Assembly (NCBI GenBank): GCA_022813965.1
Contig: JALDZS010000004.1
Coordinates: forward strand, 248,001-305,489
DNA length: 57,489 bases
Origin: Toensbergia leucococca
Lineage: Eukaryota
Direction of reading: 5' to 3'
Below the pieces are notes generated by a model. The model worked only from the letters and a program-made list of their open reading frames with translations. It did no database searches and was not told the origin of the DNA. Positions within the stretch are counted from its first letter, which is position 1, and each line of letters starts with the position of its first letter. Of this stretch, positions 51,071 to 57,489 are shown piece by piece. Position numbers and translations under genes: made by a program.

Positions 51071-53401
51071 ATGACCAACACCCTTCCTCAAGGCTCCACT
51101 GGAGCTCCCTCTCTATCATATCCGAGCTCGAGCACTGGAATAATGCCCCGGCGCTCATCTTATGCATCTGTAGCTGCTGGCACTGCAACAGCTTTGCATT
51201 CGGCCTCGACACCCTCTGTACGTTCTGGAGCCTTCTCAGACCTGATAACCCCTAATCCTGCTTCACCCACCTACATACATACACGGAATTCTGACTCTTC
51301 TTCTCGAGTATCTCAGCATTCCTTGGACGCTGATCTTCGAACGACTGCAGGAAATAGTATTCCAGGAAATTGGGGTCGAGGGAATATGACGAGTTTCTCG
51401 AGTCATCACTTCCCTGGTGATGGATATGGTTTGACTGGTGGTGGAGCGCTGGGTACCCACGGGTTCTTTAAGCCGACATACCTGCGGGAATCGAAGTACG
51501 TGGAACGGCTTGAAGCAGCCCACAAGGCCAAGCTTGCCGCTCAAAAAGAAGCCTCTTCCACGCATTCAAACCAAGGAACACTTTCCACGAGTTCTAGCAG
51601 TGTAAGCCTGCACAAATTGGCACCTTCACACCGGGGCATGACATATGATATCATCGAGCATCAACAACCAGCAGATGACGATGGCCTGACACCACTACCG
51701 TCAAGATGGGCAGAGGCCGATAGATTTGGTGGGCTTGAGATAGCCGCGGATGGTCTAGATGTTAGATATACAACCACATCTAAGCTGCATGACCACGAGG
51801 CTGCAGCGACACGTGCAGATCATCCCATGCCTCCACAGTGTGGAATTTACTATTATGAAGTTACCGTGGTTTCAAAAGGCAAAGAAGGGTAGGGATACGT
51901 CCAAATCTATGCGATTACAATGCTGATTTGCTACAGCATGATTGGTATTGGCTTCTCTAGACCGAAAGCTTCTCTAGAAAAGCTTCCCGGTTGGGAACCA
52001 GATAGCTGGGCCTATCATGGAGATGATGGGATGTCGTTCTGTGGCCAGAGTACAGGCAAAAGCTATGGGCCCACTTTTACGACATCAGATATCGTAGGGT
52101 GCGGAGTCAACTTTATGACAGGCTGCGCTTTCTTTACTAAGAATGGCGTCTTTCAAGGTACACATGACTTTTTTTTGAATAGCCCAGGTTTGCTGTTGGC
52201 TTAATGAAATTAGGAAATGCATTTCGGGACCTCAAAGACATCAATATTTACCCCTCGATTGGTATGAAGCGCCCAGGGGCACATCTGAGCGTGAACTTTG
52301 GTCAAAGGCCTTTTGTGTTCGACATAGATGCCATGATGGCCGTAAGCCGACTCAACCCTCAGAGATAAATTTTACGAAGCTGACTCACAACAGCGCGAGA
52401 AATCCACGATCAGCGATGAAATTAACTCCATCGACGTCTCAAAATTGCAGCCCCCTTTAGACGAAGTAAATTTACTCAAGAAGCTTGTCGCTCAATTCCT
52501 GGCTCATGATGGATACGTCGAAACAGCTAAAGCATTTGGGGAAGAAGTACTATCGGAATCCAATTCTCTCAACAGAGGCTCGGTAACTTCCATTGACACC
52601 TTGAGGGCGGAGGACGATCTTGACGCAGTGAATCGGCAGCGTTTGTCTCTATCTGTGTTCCTTCCACTTTGATTGGAGACTGATACTGTGCTAGAGATTC
52701 GAGCCGCCATTCTTGATGGAGATATCGACAAGGCACTCAAGCGCACTAATGCGTACTATCCCCATGTTCTACAAGACAATCCTCATATCTACTTTCGGCT
52801 TCGTTGTAGGAAATTCATTGAGATGACACGCCAATGCACAGAATTACTCAAAGGTTCTAGCGACAACCGAGCAAAGCCCATTAACGGCCACTCTATACTT
52901 GCTTCTGATGATGACTATGAGCCGGATATGGATGTTGACGAGCAGCTGAACAATGGCGACGACTGGGACAAGATGGAGACTGAAGAAGCTGACGGCAGTA
53001 TGAAATATCATTGCTTACTCGAGAATATTTTAACGTACGGTCAAGAGCTCCAAAACGAATTCAAAGAGGAACGAAGTAAAGATGTCAAAGATGCTCTGAC
53101 GGATATCTTTGCCATGCTTGCGTATGAAGACGCCAGAACGTCTCCTCAGGCACATTTACTGGATCGCAGTGGGCGGGTGCTGGTGGCGGAGGAGCTCAAC
53201 TCTGCCATTCTCGGTAGGGTTCTCTGATTAAAATCGTGGAGGTTCGAGTAACATAAGCTGACCAGGATAGTCTCTCTTGGCAAGTCCTCTTCCGCGGCAA
53301 TCGAACGTCTCTATCAGCAGACCGAGGTCCTTGTTAGCGATATTAGCGAGGAAGGCGGCGCAGGAGCCTTCATCAATGTCCGGGATGATTTTCTTAGGTA
53401 A
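51071..53401 (+). CDS. RanBPM/Gid1-like SPRY-LisH-CTLH-CRA protein (GID/CTLH E3 complex), multi-exon
   Basis: RADHPMPPQCGIYYYEV, LPGWEPDSWAYHGDDG, LVAQFLAHDGYVETAKAF (LisH), IRAAILDGDIDKAL (CTLH), VAEELNSAIL|VSLGKSSSAAIERL, ends GGAGAFINVRDDFLR*. Confidence 0.93.
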
Positions 53402-53911
53402 AGTGGACTCTTCGGCTGCCAGATTTTTGGATGGCAACGCCATGGAGTACTGGAGTGATAGCATTATTGTGGGGAGGGGCAGGGCACCAGGGAGCAATGG
53501 ATCGGGCGTTGGTCTGTTGGCACTGTCTTTCATCTCCTCTTCTTTGCTAAGGCTGGCGAGAGTGTACTTAGACGTCAGTATATATAAGTTCATTTTCGGT
53601 GAACCCAATCACACCTACTAGTACGAGCACGAAGTGCGAGTACCTGGTATCGGAACCACTCTAACTCTACCTACAGCTCGCGGGAAACCCTAGTACAACT
53701 TGACTAAACATTTACCTACGGACAATTAAACAATCTAGCCTAGACCGAGGTGGGCCATTGGTTCCGAGCGCCAAGAGGATTAGACGGAAATCGACATCAT
53801 CATTCGAATGACGACTGAAGTCTGGATTGCTTGCAGAATGAGTCAAGCTAGAAAGATGGATTGCATCTCTCCTTGGCTTGATGTCTTGTTCCCCATCCCA
53901 CACATAGAACT

Positions 53912-55727
53912 ATGTCTATGCCTGCAGATACGAGAGATGTCTTTGCATGGCGAAAAAGAGATGCTAACAAACCCCCGCCGTTGCTTAGATATAGATCAGC
54001 AGAGTGGTTCATCTTGAGTACTATATGCTTTGCTATTTTCACTGTACGCTCTCTTGATATAGTTCTTTAGACGCCTTGGCTGACTAGTGCCATTGAACAG
54101 GATCTTTTCCTCTATGGCATTGTACACATGAGCCTTACTTTGGAACTCGTCTTTGAAGCTCATTCAACTCAGATCGTTCCTGTCATTCCTTTTGCTTTGT
54201 CAGAAAGAGCTGGTGTACCCGCTCAAGATGGTATGAAGTTCAAGACCTCTATCTTTTTTGCATGGCCACGTCGCTGATGGAAAACATGCATGACCAGTAC
54301 AGCATTGGGTTTCCGTTCTTTTGGCAGTCTATGGCGCTGCCCTTCTTGCTGCTTCACGTATGCCTGTCCCTGAAATCAGAAATGCTCATCAGAACCGAGA
54401 ACCTAATTCTCAGTAGCCTTTTGCGGTTGGCTCGCTGACCGTTCTGAATCTCGTCGCTTGCCCCTCCTCATTGGTCTTCTTGCTCTTGGCGGTGCCACCA
54501 TCATGCTCTGTCTCGGTACTAGTATCGCTTTAATAGTCACAGGCCGTGTCCTTCAAGGCCTAGCGGCTGCTATTGTCTGGTGTGTTGGATTGGCACTACT
54601 GGTTGACACCGTCGGCCATGAAGAGATTGGAAAAATAATGGGATATGTAACTTTAAGTATGAGCCTAGCCATTATACTCGCACCGCTGCTGGGTGGCATT
54701 GTGTACGCTCGCGCTGGCTATTACGCAGTTTTCTATATGGCCTTTGGGCTTATTGCAACAGATATCATCATGCGGATTGCACTAATAGAGAAGAAGATGG
54801 CGAAGAAATGGGGTCTTGCAGTGAAAGAGCTTGACCCTGAGGCCATTCATTCATCTCCTACGCCTCCAGTATCATCATTCGAAGTAGTCACAGCATCATC
54901 ACCAACGTCAAAATCACCTGTCCCTGCGCTCGAAACAGCAATCGCCTTCACGCCCGATCTACCCTTCTTCAAAACATCCTCGCTTCCCCCAGTACTCACT
55001 CTTCTCTCGTCCTACCGCCTTCTCACTGCACTCTGGGGCGTCCTTGTCGAGGCCGCCCTCCTCACTGCCTTTGACTCCGTCATCCCCCTCCGAGTCCGCC
55101 ACCTCTTCTCTTGGAATTCCACCGGTGCCGGCCTCATCTTCCTTGCCCTAATCCTCCCCACCTTCATATCTCCCATCATCGGTGCTCTCTCCGACAAATA
55201 CGGACCTCGCTGGTTCACCTTCGCCGGCTTTCTTGCCTCGGCACCCTGCTTGATTTTGCTCCGCTTCGTCGACCATTCCGGTGTCAAGCAGATTGTGCTG
55301 CTTTGCGCGTTGTTGGCGCTGTTGGGGCTGGCGCTGACGATGCTGGTGACGCCCCTATTAGCGGAGATTACTTATGTAGTTGCTGCGAGGGAGAAAATGC
55401 AGCCGGGAGTGTTTGGCGCCAAGGGAGCCTATGCCCAGGCCTTTGGACTGTTCAATTCCGCCTTTGCGGCGGGGACGCTAGTCGGGCCGATTTGGGCGGG
55501 ATTTGTGAGCGAGAAGGCTGGGTGGGTGACGATGGGGTGGTCGTTGGGGCTGTTGAGTGCGGTCAGTGCTGTGCCGGTGGTAAGTCTAGGGCTTTCTTCT
55601 TCCTCGCCCGAGATGTGTTGGTTTTCTTTGACGCTGATCTATGTGCTCTCCTTGTTGGCAGCTCTTCTTCACGGGCGGGCCCCTCATCATCAGAAACCGG
55701 CGCCAGACGCCCGACCCACGACTCTAA
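53912..55727 (+). CDS. MFS transporter (vesicular amine transporter/DHA1-like), 6 exons
   Basis: Spliced N-terminus ...PPPLLRYRSAEWFILSTICFAIFT|DLFLYGI|IVPVIPFAL; GWLADRSESRR, GRVLQGL, LSDKYGPR, GAYAQAFGLFN. Last intron 55580-55661, then LFFTGGP...RL*. Confidence 0.9.
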
Positions 55728-57489
55728 TCCTCCAGCGTTCGTACAAACAACGATATCAACGCCTCCTTCTAATCGGTTCACTAAATATACAGCCTCATTC
55801 AACGTACCGCATATACCAATCTCCTCTCAGAGCTATACATAGGTAATTTTGTGTACCATATCACTATAATTTATATACCTTCTCCCTCCCCCCCGTCTCT
55901 GATCACTCATTCTCCATAAAGCTCCACAACTACCTAGTTCAACAATCCTATTGGGAACGGAATCGCCATAGTTACGCGCTAATATGAAGGTTTCTACCTC
56001 AATTGACATTTTCACATATATAACTCATATGCAGAAAAGCATATCCTAACACGAACAAAACACTCCTCATCCAAGCTCCTCGGGCAAAATTGCAAAATAT
56101 ACACCGTATACTCCCCCGGCCCCCCTAACACAAAAGCACATTCATCAAATCCAAGACCAACGTTCCCCATCTACCTCCCTAATCTCCTCCCTAGCAATCC
56201 AAAACGCACATGCCAAGACCTTCCAGCAACTCTCGCACATTCCCCTTTAATATTGACCCAATCCCTCAAAATCCCAACCCTCCATCCATCCCAATCCCCC
56301 AACCCCATCTCCTCCTTCCTCCCTCTCACATCTATCTAATCAGACCATACCCCCTCTCCCAAAAAAATCAAAAAAAAACCAAAAAGAAAGAAAAAGAAGA
56401 AAAGACAATTCTCAAAAAACTGAAATCCGAAATCCGAGCAAAAGCAAAGAATAGTGGGGGTTAGTATCCATAAAAAGTTGACTCATGGTGGAAAAAAAGG
56501 GGGGGGGGGTAAAATAAATAAATAAATATGTATGAAAAAAGGCCCCTCCCCAAACCCCGGGGAAAACAATTCTGATTTTGACAGTACGAGTAGAAAGTTT
56601 TTGCGTCTTGAGAGAATTTTAGATAGAGTAGTGTGAATAGGGTGATATGTACATTGTTTGAAAATGAGGCTATCTGGAAATTATACCGAGGGAGGGACGG
56701 ATGGGAAGAGTTTGTTTTCTTTTATAGGAAAATTTATGGTAAGAGATTGGGGGGTTGGGGATGGGGGAATGAGGGATCAGTTACTGTGAGCGGTCAGGTG
56801 TGTGTGATGAGTGTATTAGGGAGAAAAATGTTAAGATGAATTATCACGCAGTATTTTTAGTAAAAAAGGAGCGGATAAAAACATCCCAGTCTCCTATATG
56901 TTCCATTAAAATCCCAAGATTATTTCATTTGTGCCCGAATATGCGATTGAGTATCCGTATATCTTTAATAGATTTATCCCCATGCATCACATCTTCCAAA
57001 ACCGCAGACTCTAAAATCCCAGTCTATCAACCAAGACCCATTCAATGAGCAACCAGTCCAATCCAATCCAGCTGGAAGATATGACCATTCGATTGGCATC
57101 CCTCCCGAGCGCTTCAACGCAGCACCGCTCTTCTATAGGTCCCTTGGGCATAAGATCTCTTTCGTCAAGAAGGAATTTTAGTGTACGCTGCAATTACGGC
57201 TCGCTGGGAGGTTGCCCTTTGAAATTGACGAAAAGGGACCTTTTGGCAAAAGGATTGTTGGGTTGGGAGGAAGGCGGTGGGAAGGCGTATTGCATCTCTG
57301 GTGTGAGAGTAAAGGTTCGCAATTCAGGTGTGAGAAATGGGGAAAATTGCTTTAGGCAATCTGTTGGGAACTGTTTTTATTTCGTCCCCGACGTTCGAGG
57401 TGCGGGATATTGGTCTTTGGCTGCTTTGTTGGGATGGGTCTTTGTCCGTCCTGACCAGAGCAGAGCTAAGCATGCCATGCATGGGGAAA

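Noticed and set aside
55111..55846. 243-aa alternative ORF and the unspliced C-terminal extension of the MFS ORF
   Set aside because: A GTAAGT...CAG intron at 55580-55661 gives a normal MFS end at 55727; the other frame is a GC-rich shadow.

Overview
Gene-dense, intron-containing eukaryotic DNA from a filamentous ascomycete (Pezizomycotina-type genes, ~50-nt introns with CTRAY branch points). No transposon, CRISPR, rRNA or tRNA was recognised. About 20 protein-coding genes are supported: F-box-like protein (cut by the window edge), a small hydrophilic protein, nicotinamidase, MBL-fold hydrolase, a secreted His1 protein, CPD photolyase, Sec14/CRAL-TRIO protein, RPS21, NUDIX hydrolase, IMP dehydrogenase, IQGAP, CTNNBL1-like protein, TPR/F-box/LRR protein, indoleamine 2,3-dioxygenase, GH18 chitinase, bulb-type lectin, Ies4, RanBPM/Gid1-like protein and an MFS transporter. 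There is also a HET-domain pseudogene and a probable second decayed gene. Elements missed by the ORF track are an snR54-like C/D snoRNA in the long IMPDH intron, a candidate H/ACA RNA (snR37-like guide) just behind RPS21 and its 3'-UTR intron, and two GC-AG introns. The most interesting leads are (1) the secreted protein at 7989-9521, which carries a full LPMO-like histidine-brace signature, (2) the RPS21/3'-UTR-intron/H-ACA unit, (3) a divergent chitinase-lectin pair with unusual architectures, and (4) recurring C/A-to-G/T strand-skew switch islands that ignore gene orientation. All calls come from reading the sequence by eye; no searches were run.
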